Shown: positions 54,320 through 64,000 of the stretch, in pieces | Layout of the letters: every line of letters begins with the position of its first letter | How positions within the stretch are numbered: position 1 is the first letter of the stretch | DNA from: Candidatus Latescibacterota bacterium | GTDB lineage: Bacteria > Krumholzibacteriota > Krumholzibacteriia > WVZY01 > JAKEHA01 | NCBI GenBank assembly: GCA_963707635.1 | Contig: OY970173.1 | Span: 1,216,001 to 1,280,000, forward strand | DNA length: 64,000 bases | Direction of reading: 5' to 3' | Notes under the pieces: model-generated | The model's database searches: none | What the model was told of the DNA's origin: nothing | What the model saw: only the letters and a program-made list of their open reading frames with translations | Made by a program: the position numbers and the translations under genes

Positions 54320-55165
54320 GTGCCCGCGACCGCGACCATTGCATCCCTGCGGGTGGGCGACGGCGCGAAGCCGCTCCTGATCGCCGGCCCCTGCGTCATC
54401 GAGACCGAGGATCTCGCCCTCTCGATTGCCGATGCCATCGCCCGGCTCGCCGTCACGCGCGAGTTCACCTTCGTCTTCAAGGCGAGTTACACCAAAGACA
54501 ACCGCAGCTCCGGCGAGAGCTTCCGCGGCGTCGGCCTCGATGCCGGTCTGCGCGTGCTGGAGAAGGTGCGCGCGAACGTCGGCTGCCCGGTGTTGTCCGA
54601 CGTCCACACTCCCGACGAGGTTCCTGCGGCGGCGGCGGTTCTCGACGTGGTCCAGATTCCCGCGTTCCTGTGCCGGCAGACGAGTCTGCTCGAAGCGGCG
54701 GGCGCAGCCGGAAAAGCGATCAACGTGAAGAAAGGGCAGTTCCTCGCGCCCGAGGACATGGGCAACGTGGTCACGAAACTGCGCGCGGCCGGCGCGCGCG
54801 ACATTATGCTCACCGAGCGCGGAACGACCTTCGGATACCACGACCTGGTGGTGGACTTCCGCGGCTTCGCGCGCATGCGCGCGATCGGCTGCCCGGTGGT
54901 CTTCGACGTCACCCACTCGCTGCAGCGTCCCGGTGGACTCGGGACCGCGTCGGGCGGCGAGCCGGCGCTGGCGGCGATGATGGCGCGCGCCGCCGCCGCG
55001 GTGCCCGTGGACGGCTTCTTCATCGAGACGCATCCCGACCCGAAGAGAGCGCTCTCCGACGCGGCGGCGATGCTGCCGCTGGACCAGTTGGAAAAGCTGT
55101 TGCGCGACGTATCCCGTATCGCTACCCTTGCCCGCGAGTTCCCCGCCGGCCAGGTTCGCCCCTAG
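54320..55165 (+). CDS. kdsA: KDO8P synthase
   Basis: IAGPCVIE, KASYTKDNRSS, QIPAFLCRQT, KKGQF, FDVTHS. Confidence 0.95.
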   Translation: MPATATIASLRVGDGAKPLLIAGPCVIETEDLALSIADAIARLAVTREFTFVFKASYTKDNRSSGESFRGVGLDAGLRVLEKVRANVGCPVLSDVHTPDEVPAAAAVLDVVQIPAFLCRQTSLLEAAGAAGKAINVKKGQFLAPEDMGNVVTKLRAAGARDIMLTERGTTFGYHDLVVDFRGFARMRAIGCPVVFDVTHSLQRPGGLGTASGGEPALAAMMARAAAAVPVDGFFIETHPDPKRALSDAAAMLPLDQLEKLLRDVSRIATLAREFPAGQVRP

Positions 55166-55224
55166 CGCCGTCGTCGCCACGCGATTTCGTCGCGGCGCCC
55201 CGCAATCAATCAGGAGGATTTGAA

Positions 55225-57609
55225 ATGCCGCTCGCTCCCGGGAAGAAACTGGGCGCTTTGGTGTGCCTGTTGCTGGCACTTGCCGGGTGCGGCAAGACGC
55301 AGAAGGAAGCCCCGGCCCCGGCAGGTGTGGCCACCGGAATGGACCGGACGGTGCTTCCGATTGCGGCACCCAGGGATCCGGTCATTACCGAAATCGATGC
55401 GCGCAAGGCGACGGCACCGCCACGCTTCGAAGTCAAGGCGCCCGCAGGCGCCCCCAACGTCGTGATCGTCCTGATCGACGACATGGGTTTCGGCCACCCG
55501 GACACCTTCGGCGGTCCGGTGCACATGCCGACCTACACCGCGTTGGCGAACACCGGGCTGCGCTACAACCGTTTCCACACCACCGCGCTGTGTTCGCCCA
55601 CGCGCACAGCCTTATTGACGGGCCGCAATCATCACATCAACAATGCCGGCGCCATCATGGAGCTCGCGACCGCTTTTCCCGGCAACACCGGGATACGGCC
55701 CGGGAGCGTGGCCCCGCTGGCGGAGATCCTGCGCCTGAACGGGTACAGCACGGCGGCCTTCGGCAAGTACCACGAGACGCCGCCGTGGGAAGCCTCCGTC
55801 TCCGGGCCCCACGACCGCTGGCCCACGCGCTCGGGGTTCGACAAGTTCTACGGCTTCATCGGCGGCGAAACCAACCAGTGGGCGCCCGCGATCTACGACG
55901 GTGTGACGCGCGTCGAGCCGCCCCACGACCCGAACTACCACTTCACCACCGACATGACCAATCAGGCCATCGCGTGGATGCAGTTCCAGCACGCGCTCAC
56001 CCCGGACAAGCCCTTCTACATGTACTTTGCCACCGGCGCGACGCACGCGCCGCACCACGTGCCGAAGGAGTGGATCGCGAAATACAAGGGCAAGTTCGAC
56101 CAGGGGTGGGACAAGCTGCGCGAAGAGACGTTTGCGCGCCAGCTCGAGATGGGCGTGATCCCGGAGGGCACGAAACTGACCGCGCGCCCGGCGGAGATCC
56201 CGGCGTGGGATTCTCTCACTCCCGATCAGAAGCGGCTGTTTGCGCGGCAGATGGAAACATTCGCGGGATTTGGAGAACACACCGACCACGAAGTCGGGCG
56301 CCTGGTGGAAGCGCTCACCGACATGGGCGCCATGGATAACACGCTTTTCATCTTCATCGCCGGCGACAACGGCTCGAGCGCGGAAGGCGGCCCGGACGGC
56401 ACCTACAACGAGTCGCTGGCGCTCAACGGCATCGTGAGCGACGTGTCCTCGCAGCTGGCCCACATCGACGAATGGGGAGGCCCGAACACGTTCCCGCACT
56501 TCGCGGTGGGCTGGGCGCTCGCGGGCGACACGCCCTTCCAGTGGACCAAGCAGGTCGCGTCGCACTTCGGCGGCACCCGCAACTCGATGGTGATCCACTG
56601 GCCGGCGCGGCTGCCGAACGCCCACGGCGAGGTGCGCTCGCAGTTCAGCCACGTGATCGACATCGCGCCGACGGTCCTGGAAGCGGCCGGACTGCCGCAG
56701 CCGACAATGGTCGACGGGACGACGCAGTACCCGATGGACGGCGTCTCGATGGTGTATACCTTCGACGACCCCGCCGCGGCGGACCGTCACACCACGCAGT
56801 ACTTCGAGATGTTCGGCAACCGCGCCATCTACCACGACGGCTGGGTGGCGGCGACGCGCCACTCGATCCCGTGGCTGATGGTCCCGCAGCTTCCGCCCTT
56901 CGACCAGGACAAGTGGGAGCTCTACCATGTGGCGGAGGACTTCAGCCAGGCCAACGACCTGGCCGCGCAGAATCCACAAAAACTGAAAGAGCTGCAGGAC
57001 CTGTTCACGACGGAGGCGATCCGCAACCACGTGTACCCGCTCGACGACCGCCGCTCGGAGCGTTTCGACGCGAGAATTGCCGGTCGCCCCGACCTCATCG
57101 GGTCCCGGACCTCGCTGACCCTGCACGAGGGTATGACCGGAATCAGCGAGAACGCGTTCATCAATATCAAGGGCCGGTCGAGTGCAATCAGCGCCGAGAT
57201 CGACGTGCCGAGCGGAGGCGCGAACGGCGTGATCATCGCCCAGGCCGGTCGCTTCGGCGGGTGGAGTCTGTACATGAAGAACGGCCGCGTGCAACACGTC
57301 TACAACTTCGGCGGCCTGCAGCGATTCACCGTGGCGGCGCCGACTGCCCTCGCGCCGGGCCGCCACACCGTGTTGTACGAGTTTGTCTACGACGGCGGCA
57401 ATCCGGGCTCGGGCGGGACGAGCCGGCTGAGCGTGGACGGCAAGCAGGTCGGTGAGGTGCGTGTCGAGCACACCATGCCCTTCATTTACTCGGCCGACGA
57501 GGGAGTCGACGTGGGCGTGGACAACGAGACCCCGGTTACCGACGACTACAAGCAGGGCGCCAACAAGTTTACCGGCCGTGTGGTGAAGGTAACCGTCGAG
57601 GCGAAGTAA
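55225..57609 (+). CDS. Arylsulfatase lipoprotein (AtsA-like, CxPxR type)
   Basis: RBS AGGAGG, lipobox LAGC, PNVVIVLIDD, LCSPTRTALLTGRN, GKYH, GDNG, C-terminal LamG-like extension. Confidence 0.93.
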   Translation: MPLAPGKKLGALVCLLLALAGCGKTQKEAPAPAGVATGMDRTVLPIAAPRDPVITEIDARKATAPPRFEVKAPAGAPNVVIVLIDDMGFGHPDTFGGPVHMPTYTALANTGLRYNRFHTTALCSPTRTALLTGRNHHINNAGAIMELATAFPGNTGIRPGSVAPLAEILRLNGYSTAAFGKYHETPPWEASVSGPHDRWPTRSGFDKFYGFIGGETNQWAPAIYDGVTRVEPPHDPNYHFTTDMTNQAIAWMQFQHALTPDKPFYMYFATGATHAPHHVPKEWIAKYKGKFDQGWDKLREETFARQLEMGVIPEGTKLTARPAEIPAWDSLTPDQKRLFARQMETFAGFGEHTDHEVGRLVEALTDMGAMDNTLFIFIAGDNGSSAEGGPDGTYNESLALNGIVSDVSSQLAHIDEWGGPNTFPHFAVGWALAGDTPFQWTKQVASHFGGTRNSMVIHWPARLPNAHGEVRSQFSHVIDIAPTVLEAAGLPQPTMVDGTTQYPMDGVSMVYTFDDPAAADRHTTQYFEMFGNRAIYHDGWVAATRHSIPWLMVPQLPPFDQDKWELYHVAEDFSQANDLAAQNPQKLKELQDLFTTEAIRNHVYPLDDRRSERFDARIAGRPDLIGSRTSLTLHEGMTGISENAFINIKGRSSAISAEIDVPSGGANGVIIAQAGRFGGWSLYMKNGRVQHVYNFGGLQRFTVAAPTALAPGRHTVLYEFVYDGGNPGSGGTSRLSVDGKQVGEVRVEHTMPFIYSADEGVDVGVDNETPVTDDYKQGANKFTGRVVKVTVEAK

Positions 57610-57632
57610 GGAACGCGCGCCATGCGGGAGAC

Positions 57633-58643
57633 ATGCCGGTGAAAGCGGACAAAAATGGCGACATCGACGCCCTCCTTGCCGGCGCGCGGCGCGTGATCGA
57701 CGAGGAGGTCGAGGGGCTCCAGGCCCTCCGCGACCGACTCGGCCCCGAGCTCGCGCGCGCCGTCGACGCCATTGCCGCCTGCCGCGGCCGCCTGATCGTC
57801 TCGGGCGTGGGCAAATCCGGTCAAATCGCGAAGAAGATCGCCAGCACGCTCACCTCGACGGGCACGCCCAGCTTCTACGTGCACGCCTTCGAAGCCGGTC
57901 ACGGCGAGCTCGGCCTCGTCCACGGGGGCGACGTCGTCATCATCGTCTCGAAGAGCGGCATGGGGGACGAACTCCGCGATTTCATTCCCGCGCTCAAGAA
58001 GCTCGGCGTTCCCATCATCGCGCTCACCGCGTCGCGTAGCAGCTACCTCGCGCAGCACAGCGACATCGTGCTCGATTTCGACGGGTCGAAGGAGGCCGGG
58101 TGTCTCGGCCTGGCGCCCACCACCAGTGCCACCGTGTCGCTGGTCCTGGGCCACGTGCTCGCGAGCGCGCTCATGGAGCGCCGGGGGTTCACCGCGGAGG
58201 AGTTCGCGCGCACGCATCCGGGCGGGATGCTGGGCCGGCGGCTCACGGTCACGGTGGCCGAGGTGATGCGGACCGGCAAGGCGATGCCGGTTGTGCGCGA
58301 GACGCAGACGCTGCGCGAGGCGCTCTTCGAGACGATGGAAAAGAGCATCGGCTGCACGGGAGTGGTCGACGCGCGCGGGGTGCTCACCGGCATCGTGACC
58401 GACGGCGACCTCAAGCGCATCATTACGCGTCGCGACGACGCGCTCGACCTCCCGGTCGGCGAAGTCATGACCCACAATCCCAAGACCATCGATGGAGGAA
58501 TTCTGGCGGCCGACGCGCTGGCGCGCATGGAGCTCAACCTTCCCGGTCCGCTCCTGATGTACTTCATCGTCGACGCCGATGGAAAGCCCGTCGGCCTGCT
58601 CCACCTGCACGACGTCCTGCGTGCAGGGCTCAAGACGGAATAG
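57633..58643 (+). CDS. kdsD: Arabinose-5-phosphate isomerase (KpsF/GutQ)
   Basis: GVGKSG, HGELG, APTTS, HPGG, two CBS domains. Confidence 0.95.
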   Translation: MPVKADKNGDIDALLAGARRVIDEEVEGLQALRDRLGPELARAVDAIAACRGRLIVSGVGKSGQIAKKIASTLTSTGTPSFYVHAFEAGHGELGLVHGGDVVIIVSKSGMGDELRDFIPALKKLGVPIIALTASRSSYLAQHSDIVLDFDGSKEAGCLGLAPTTSATVSLVLGHVLASALMERRGFTAEEFARTHPGGMLGRRLTVTVAEVMRTGKAMPVVRETQTLREALFETMEKSIGCTGVVDARGVLTGIVTDGDLKRIITRRDDALDLPVGEVMTHNPKTIDGGILAADALARMELNLPGPLLMYFIVDADGKPVGLLHLHDVLRAGLKTE

Positions 58644-58682
58644 ACTCGCGATTGCGTATCGTGCAGGCGCCCTCCGTGGGGG

Positions 58683-59549
58683 TCAGCGCACGAGCGTGAC
58701 GCGGCCGACCGCGCGCGCGCGCCCCTCGACCTGCACGAGATAAATCCCGCTGGCCACCTGGTTGCCGGCGTCGTCGGTGCCGTCCCACGTCACCCGGGTC
58801 TCCCCCGCGGGCAGCATGCGATATCCCAGCGAACGAATCAGGCGCCCGTCGACGGAATAGACCGACAGCGCGACGCCGTCCGGCGCGGTCAGCGACACCT
58901 CGACCTGGGTTGCGGACGAGAACGGATTGGGGTAGCTCGCGAGCTTTGCCACCGGAAAGCGCGGAGCCACGCCCGTCGGGTCCGGCGTGCAGTTCATCGG
59001 CGACGGCGCCGAGTCCACGTCGTAGTCGGCCGCGGTGGTGCCCTTGGTCCCGATCTTCCGATGGATGGCCCCGTTCGTGAGCGCCGGCGGACACGGGCCG
59101 CTCCATTTCCCGACCGCCTCCGCCTGGGCCTTGCGGCTGCTATGCGGGTTCACTCCCCAGCATACGAAGTCGAGAATCTGGTTCGAGGTGTTGAACAAAG
59201 AACTCTTGAAGAGCTGGATCTCGCCGCCCGCCGCGTCATCGTCGAACGATGCCGGCCAGGGAACGGTCTTGTACGAACCCGCCGGCACCAGCACCGAGAC
59301 CTGCACGTACACGAAGGGGGAGCAGAACCAGTACCCGGTGGTGTTGAAGTCGGCGTTGGTCGTGTTGAATATCTCGATGTACCCGCCCGGTCCCGGTTTG
59401 ATCTCCGAGATCACGATCGCGGGAAGTCCCTCCGCGCCGAAAGCACCGCTGCCGTCGTCGAGTGCGTCCAGCGGTTGAGCGCACTGCGCGTGCACGTCGG
59501 TGGAGACGAAAAAAGCGATGAGCAGCGCAGGCAGGAGAATACGACGCAT
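58683..59549 (-). CDS. Secreted protein: lamin-tail-like domain plus FlgD-Ig/T9SS-like C-terminal domain
   Basis: Signal peptide; IVISEI...YIEIFN; PTGV linker then YPNPF...YSVDGRLIR...WDGTD...SGIY. Confidence 0.8.
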   Translation of the reverse strand: MRRILLPALLIAFFVSTDVHAQCAQPLDALDDGSGAFGAEGLPAIVISEIKPGPGGYIEIFNTTNADFNTTGYWFCSPFVYVQVSVLVPAGSYKTVPWPASFDDDAAGGEIQLFKSSLFNTSNQILDFVCWGVNPHSSRKAQAEAVGKWSGPCPPALTNGAIHRKIGTKGTTAADYDVDSAPSPMNCTPDPTGVAPRFPVAKLASYPNPFSSATQVEVSLTAPDGVALSVYSVDGRLIRSLGYRMLPAGETRVTWDGTDDAGNQVASGIYLVQVEGRARAVGRVTLVR

Positions 59550-59794
59550 GGGTGGCACCTCGGGTTGTGTGTGAATTAACGTTATCAAGTGTAGTGCTTG
59601 GGAATTCTCCGATCCACCGCGAACCTGTGCGCGCTGCGCCGTGACCAAACCCAACCGCCTGCCCGCCAACAACTTGGCATACTGGTTGCTTGACAACCCG
59701 GCTCGGATGTGCTAACTAATGTAATGCGAACGATTTTGGCCGGTTTTGCTATCGACAGAACGGCCGGTTTCCTGGCACATTCGATGGGGACGAC

Positions 59795-60736
59795 GTGGCG
59801 CGGACCCGAAAAAAAATAAAGCGCGCGATGGAGGTTCTCGCCGTCAACGCGCTGATCGGGATCGCGCGGGCGACCCCGCGCCGGGTCGGCCTGGCGATGT
59901 TCGCCGCGACGGGCTTGCTCGCCGCGCGGTGCTTCCCGCGCGATCGTCGCCGCGCGGTCGACAACCTCGGGCTCGCGTTTCTGGACGCGCCGGCGCCGAT
60001 TCGCCAGGCGCTCGCGTCGGCGACATTCAAGGCGTTCGGGCGAAACGTGTACGAGTTCCTCCGGCTCGATGGCGCGTCGAAAGAACGCGTCGTCGCGCGC
60101 GTCGAACGGGTCGAAGGCCTCGAGCATCTCACCGGGGCGGTTCGGCGCGGCAAGGGCGTCCTCGTGATAACGGGGCACATAGGGTGCTGGGAACTCGTGC
60201 CGGCGTATTTCGCGGCGACGGGCTACGCGGTTACGGTGGTGGGACGGCGCATGCGCGTCGAGCGGCTGAACCGGCGTCTGGTCGATATTCGCCGCCGGCT
60301 GGGCGTGCAGACGCTCGATCGCGACGACAATCCGCGCCCGATGATCGAGATCCTGCGGCGCGGCGACCCGATCGGCGTGCTGATCGACCAGCACACGAGC
60401 GTGGCAGGCGTATGGGTCCCGTTCTTCGGCCGCCCCGCGTACACGCCCACGGCGGTGGCGAAGCTGGCGCTCGCGACCGGTGCGGCCATCGTGCCGATGG
60501 CGATCTTCATGAACGCGCGCGGCCGCCACGTGATTCACGTGCAGCCGGAGATCGACGTGGCGCGACTCGGCGACGGCGATCGCGAGACGACGGTGCGCGC
60601 GATCACGGCGGCGTGTTCGCTCGCGCTGGAGCGCCTGATCCGGATCGACCCCAAGCAGTGGGTGTGGTTCCACGAGCGCTGGCGGGAACCGAAGCCGGAA
60701 GGGCGGGCGGAGGTGGCGTATGCGGCGCAGCGCTGA
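59795..60736 (+). CDS. lpxL: Lipid A lauroyl/late acyltransferase family
   Basis: TGHIGCWE, LIDQ, VPFFG, PKQWVWFHERW. Confidence 0.88.
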   Translation: MARTRKKIKRAMEVLAVNALIGIARATPRRVGLAMFAATGLLAARCFPRDRRRAVDNLGLAFLDAPAPIRQALASATFKAFGRNVYEFLRLDGASKERVVARVERVEGLEHLTGAVRRGKGVLVITGHIGCWELVPAYFAATGYAVTVVGRRMRVERLNRRLVDIRRRLGVQTLDRDDNPRPMIEILRRGDPIGVLIDQHTSVAGVWVPFFGRPAYTPTAVAKLALATGAAIVPMAIFMNARGRHVIHVQPEIDVARLGDGDRETTVRAITAACSLALERLIRIDPKQWVWFHERWREPKPEGRAEVAYAAQR

Positions 60737-61271
60737 AGCCCTGGTGGCGCTCGCGCTCGCGGTCGGAATCGCCGCGTGCGGCAAGCAGGGGGGCGAGCAG
60801 GCGCCGGTCGAAGGCCTGCAACTCCCCGACGAAACCGTGATGGAGTTCAAGACCCAGGAGACCGACAGCGGGCGCGTGCGCTGGACGCTCAAGGCGCCGC
60901 GCGCGGACCGCTTCAACGCGAAGAACGTGTTCGTCATGGCCGATCCGAAGATCGAGTTCTACGACGAGATGGGGAACCTGCAGACGACGCTGACGGCCAG
61001 GAACGGCGAGTATTCGCTTATCAGCCACGACCTGTTGGCCTACGGACACGTGGTGGCGGTGTCGACCAAGGGGGAAGTGCTGGAGACCGACAGCCTGCGC
61101 TACCTGAACACGACCGACAAGATCGTGAGCGACAGTTTCGTCAAGCTCACGCGCGGCAGCGACGTGATCACCGGCATCGGCATGGAGTGCGACCACACGC
61201 TGGATACGGTGGACATCAAGAAAAACGTGCGCGCACGCATCATCGAAGAAGATGGAAAGTTCGCCGAGTAA
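60720..61271 (+). CDS. lptC: LPS export protein LptC (lipoprotein-like)
   Basis: Located before lptB; beta-jellyroll pattern (LETDSLRY, SDSFV, ITGIGM); IAAC lipobox. Confidence 0.8.
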   Translation: MRRSAEALVALALAVGIAACGKQGGEQAPVEGLQLPDETVMEFKTQETDSGRVRWTLKAPRADRFNAKNVFVMADPKIEFYDEMGNLQTTLTARNGEYSLISHDLLAYGHVVAVSTKGEVLETDSLRYLNTTDKIVSDSFVKLTRGSDVITGIGMECDHTLDTVDIKKNVRARIIEEDGKFAE

Positions 61272-62037
61272 CCTCGCAGAGACGTCCCCCGACGGACCGG
61301 TGCCGGTGACCGCGCGCGCCCGGCTCTCGACCGAGTCGGTGGCGAAGGTCTACGGCCGCCGCCGGGTCGTGAGCAACGTGAGCATCGAGGTCAACGGCGG
61401 CGAGATCGTCGGCCTGCTGGGCCCCAACGGCGCCGGCAAGACGACGACGTTCTACATGATCGTCGGCATGATCCAGCCCAACGAGGGCCGCATCGTGGTC
61501 GATGGCGAGGACATCACCCACATGCCGATGTACCGGCGCGCGCGCCTGGGGATCGGCTACCTCCCGCAGGAGCCGTCGATCTTTCGGGGGTTGAGCGTGG
61601 AGGACAATCTGATGGCGGTGATCGAGACCATGCCGTACGCGCGTGCCGAGCGCAAGGGCGTGCTCGACCGCCTGCTCGACCAGCTCGACATCGGCTCGAT
61701 CCGCAAGAGTCTGGGCTACCAGCTCTCGGGCGGGGAGCGGCGGCGCGTGGAGATCACACGGGCGCTGGTGACGAAACCGAAATTCATGCTGCTGGACGAG
61801 CCGTTCGCCGGCATCGACCCGATCGCGGTGCAGGATTTGCAAGGCATCGTCAAGAAGCTCAGGGAGCAGGGGCTGGGAATCCTGATCACGGACCACAACG
61901 TGCGCGACACGTTGAGCATAACCGACCGTGCCTACATCATGTACGAGGGCAGCATCAAACGTACGGGCACGGCCATGGAGCTCGCGGCGGACGCGGAAGT
62001 GCGGGAGATTTACCTCGGAAACTCGTTCCGACTGTAG
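61252..62037 (+). CDS. lptB: LPS export ABC ATPase
   Basis: GPNGAGKTT, YLPQEPSIF, LSGGERRR, LDEPFAGIDP, TDHNVR, YLG. Confidence 0.96.
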   Translation: MESSPSNLAETSPDGPVPVTARARLSTESVAKVYGRRRVVSNVSIEVNGGEIVGLLGPNGAGKTTTFYMIVGMIQPNEGRIVVDGEDITHMPMYRRARLGIGYLPQEPSIFRGLSVEDNLMAVIETMPYARAERKGVLDRLLDQLDIGSIRKSLGYQLSGGERRRVEITRALVTKPKFMLLDEPFAGIDPIAVQDLQGIVKKLREQGLGILITDHNVRDTLSITDRAYIMYEGSIKRTGTAMELAADAEVREIYLGNSFRL

Positions 62038-62061
62038 GAAAGCAGCCAGGGTGGTCGGTTT

Positions 62062-63552
62062 ATGGACATGAAGATCGGTCTACATCTGCGGCAGCGCCAG
62101 CAGCTGGTCATGACGCCCAAGCTCCAGCAGGCGCTGAAGCTGCTCCAGATGCCATCGATCGAGCTCCAGCAGATGCTCAAGCAGGAGATCATGGAGAACC
62201 CCCTGCTCGAGGAGATCGAGGACTTCGAGGAGACCGCCGAAGAGGAGGCCGTCGAGCCCTCCGCGGACGGGGACGGCAATGCCCCCGAGGCGACGGCCGA
62301 GCCGCCCGAGGCGCCGGTCGAGAAGGGCGAGGAAGACTCCGAGACCAAGCCGGACGGCGGGGAGGCGGGGGCGGAGACGGTGGACTGGGACGAGTACTTC
62401 AACGAAGGGTTCGAGCTCGGCCAGGCAGGCGCCGAGGAGGAGCGGCAGGAGGAATTCTTCGAGAAGGTGCCGGTCGCCAAGCGGTCGTTCACCGACCAGC
62501 TCATGGGGCAGCTGCGCATCGCCACCGACGACCCGCGCATGCGGACGATCGGCGATTACATCATCGGTTCGCTCGACGAGAGCGGCTATCTCACCTGCGA
62601 CCTGGAGGAGATTGCAAACACGTTCGGCGTGTCGGTCGCAGAGATCGACCACGTGCTCGAATTGATCCAGTCCTTCGACCCGGCCGGCGTGGGCGCCAGG
62701 AACCTGCAGGAGTGCCTCCTGCTGCAACTGCGCGCGCGCGGCGCCGAGGACTCGATGGCGGCGACCATCGTGCGCGACCACTTCGGCGAGTTCAAACAGA
62801 AGAAATACGTCGAGATCGCGCGCAAGCTGCGGGTGACGGTCCAGGAACTCCAGGACCAGTGCAAGCTCATCAGCACGCTCGACCCCAAGCCGGGCCTCGA
62901 AGTCGTCGCCGAGGACCCGAAGTACGTGATTCCCGACCTGGTGGTCGAGACCGTGGACGGCAAATACGTCGTCTATTTGAACGACCGCAACGTTCCGCGC
63001 CTGCGCGTGAGCCAGGCCTATCACGACGAGCTGATGCGCGAAGTGCGCGACGGCGACAGTGCGGCGCGCGAGTTCATCAACGCGCGCCTGAAGTCGGCCA
63101 AGTGGCTCATCCAGACCATCGAGCAGCGCCGCCGCACCATGGTCAAGGTGATGGAGTGCATTGTGCGCAAGCAGCGCGACTTCTTCGACAAGGGCACGGC
63201 GTTCTTGAAGCCGCTGACCTTGCAGCAGGTGGCCAGCGAGATCAACATGCACGAGTCGACCGTCAGCCGCGTCACCACCAACAAGTACGTGCAGACGCCG
63301 CGCGGCGTGTTCGAGCTCAAGTTCTTCTTCTCGTCGAGCCTGGGCACGCAGGACGGCGGCGAGGTGTCGGCGAAGAGCGCCAAGGACCGGATCCGGCGCA
63401 TCATCGAGGCCGAGACCGTCCGGGTGCCGCTGTCCGACCAGAAGATCGCCGACATCCTGAAGAAGGAAGGGTTGAACATCGCCCGGCGAACCGTGGCCAA
63501 GTATCGTGAGCAGCTCAATATCCTCCCGGCGCGTATGCGCAAGACATACTAG
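62062..63552 (+). CDS. rpoN: RNA polymerase sigma-54 factor
   Basis: Gln/Leu-rich region I, MHESTVSR, RpoN box ARRTVAKYRE. Confidence 0.98.
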   Translation: MDMKIGLHLRQRQQLVMTPKLQQALKLLQMPSIELQQMLKQEIMENPLLEEIEDFEETAEEEAVEPSADGDGNAPEATAEPPEAPVEKGEEDSETKPDGGEAGAETVDWDEYFNEGFELGQAGAEEERQEEFFEKVPVAKRSFTDQLMGQLRIATDDPRMRTIGDYIIGSLDESGYLTCDLEEIANTFGVSVAEIDHVLELIQSFDPAGVGARNLQECLLLQLRARGAEDSMAATIVRDHFGEFKQKKYVEIARKLRVTVQELQDQCKLISTLDPKPGLEVVAEDPKYVIPDLVVETVDGKYVVYLNDRNVPRLRVSQAYHDELMREVRDGDSAAREFINARLKSAKWLIQTIEQRRRTMVKVMECIVRKQRDFFDKGTAFLKPLTLQQVASEINMHESTVSRVTTNKYVQTPRGVFELKFFFSSSLGTQDGGEVSAKSAKDRIRRIIEAETVRVPLSDQKIADILKKEGLNIARRTVAKYREQLNILPARMRKTY

Positions 63553-63776
63553 CGATCCGCGCGTCGGGCTTGCCGCGCGCGCAGAAGCGGCTATATTTGA
63601 TAGTGGTGCGAGATGATTCTGGTCACCGCGTTTGCAGTCCGACCGCGCTACTCCCGTCGCCATCACAGGCCACAAACCGTGCTATTGCTTCCGATCCCGG
63701 GGGCCGGCCGCCCGCCCCGCTTCGGCCATCCCATGCAGTCCCGCCCGATACATTTCTTATCGAGAAAGGGGTCGCC

Positions 63777-64000
63777 ATGAACATCACCACGACCGCAAGG
63801 CACTACGATCTGACACCCGCGCTGAAGGACTACGCGGAGGGGAAGGTCCACAATCTCAAACGCTACTTCGACCACATCGTGAACGCGCACCTGATATTCT
63901 CGCTCGAAAAGTACCGCCAGTGCGTGGAGATCACGCTGCACGCCAACGGCAAGGACTTCGTGAGCGAATCCGAGTCCGAGGACATGTACCTCTCCGTCGA
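63777..64000 (+). CDS. hpf: Ribosome hibernation promoting factor (3'-truncated by window)
   Basis: Manual translation MNITTTARHYDLTPALKDYAEGKVHNLKRYFDHI...SEDMYLSV; follows rpoN; not in the ORF track. Confidence 0.92.
   Translation, partial: MNITTTARHYDLTPALKDYAEGKVHNLKRYFDHIVNAHLIFSLEKYRQCVEITLHANGKDFVSESESEDMYLSV

Noticed and set aside
63620..63636. Sigma54 promoter for hpf (TGGTCACCGCGTTTGCA)
   Set aside because: GG-to-GC spacing is 11 rather than the required 10. It would be perfect if one base were an error, but a sigma70-like TTGCCG-N16-TATATT (63570-63597) explains expression.

Overview
High-GC diderm bacterial chromosome segment. The FlgD-Ig/T9SS-like C-terminal domain, the 'TWGxIKALY' C-terminal motif and the Kdo/Lpt genes suggest an FCB-associated candidate phylum such as Krumholzibacteria, Latescibacteria or Eisenbacteria (inference). 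The backbone is housekeeping: lnt-panD-alaX, ecfT-truA-tal-degP-purB, purL-purQ-purS-like-purF, TIGR03936-rng, and rplU-rpmA-kdsB-pyrG-kdsA-kdsD-lpxL-lptC-lptB-rpoN-hpf. Accessory genes repeatedly interrupt it (two arylsulfatases, secreted proteins, an HNH endonuclease, tricorn protease, mpg, sodC). The most notable non-obvious signals are: (1) a ~200-nt structured non-coding transcription unit with its own promoter and terminator, divergent from a LysR gene (GcvB/OxyS-like layout); (2) a modular palindromic intergenic repeat in three copies; (3) two sigma-54 activators without intact sensory input, each behind its own -24/-12 promoter, flanking a lipoprotein-peptidase operon; (4) an HNH gene with a near-consensus promoter but an RBS-occluding hairpin; (5) a probable single-chain tandem PurS; (6) a membrane-anchored Rad50-like ATPase with an Mre11-like nuclease. 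Four genes carry +1 frameshifts and kdsB lacks a normal start codon, most likely from consensus indel errors. No rRNA, tRNA or CRISPR array was seen.
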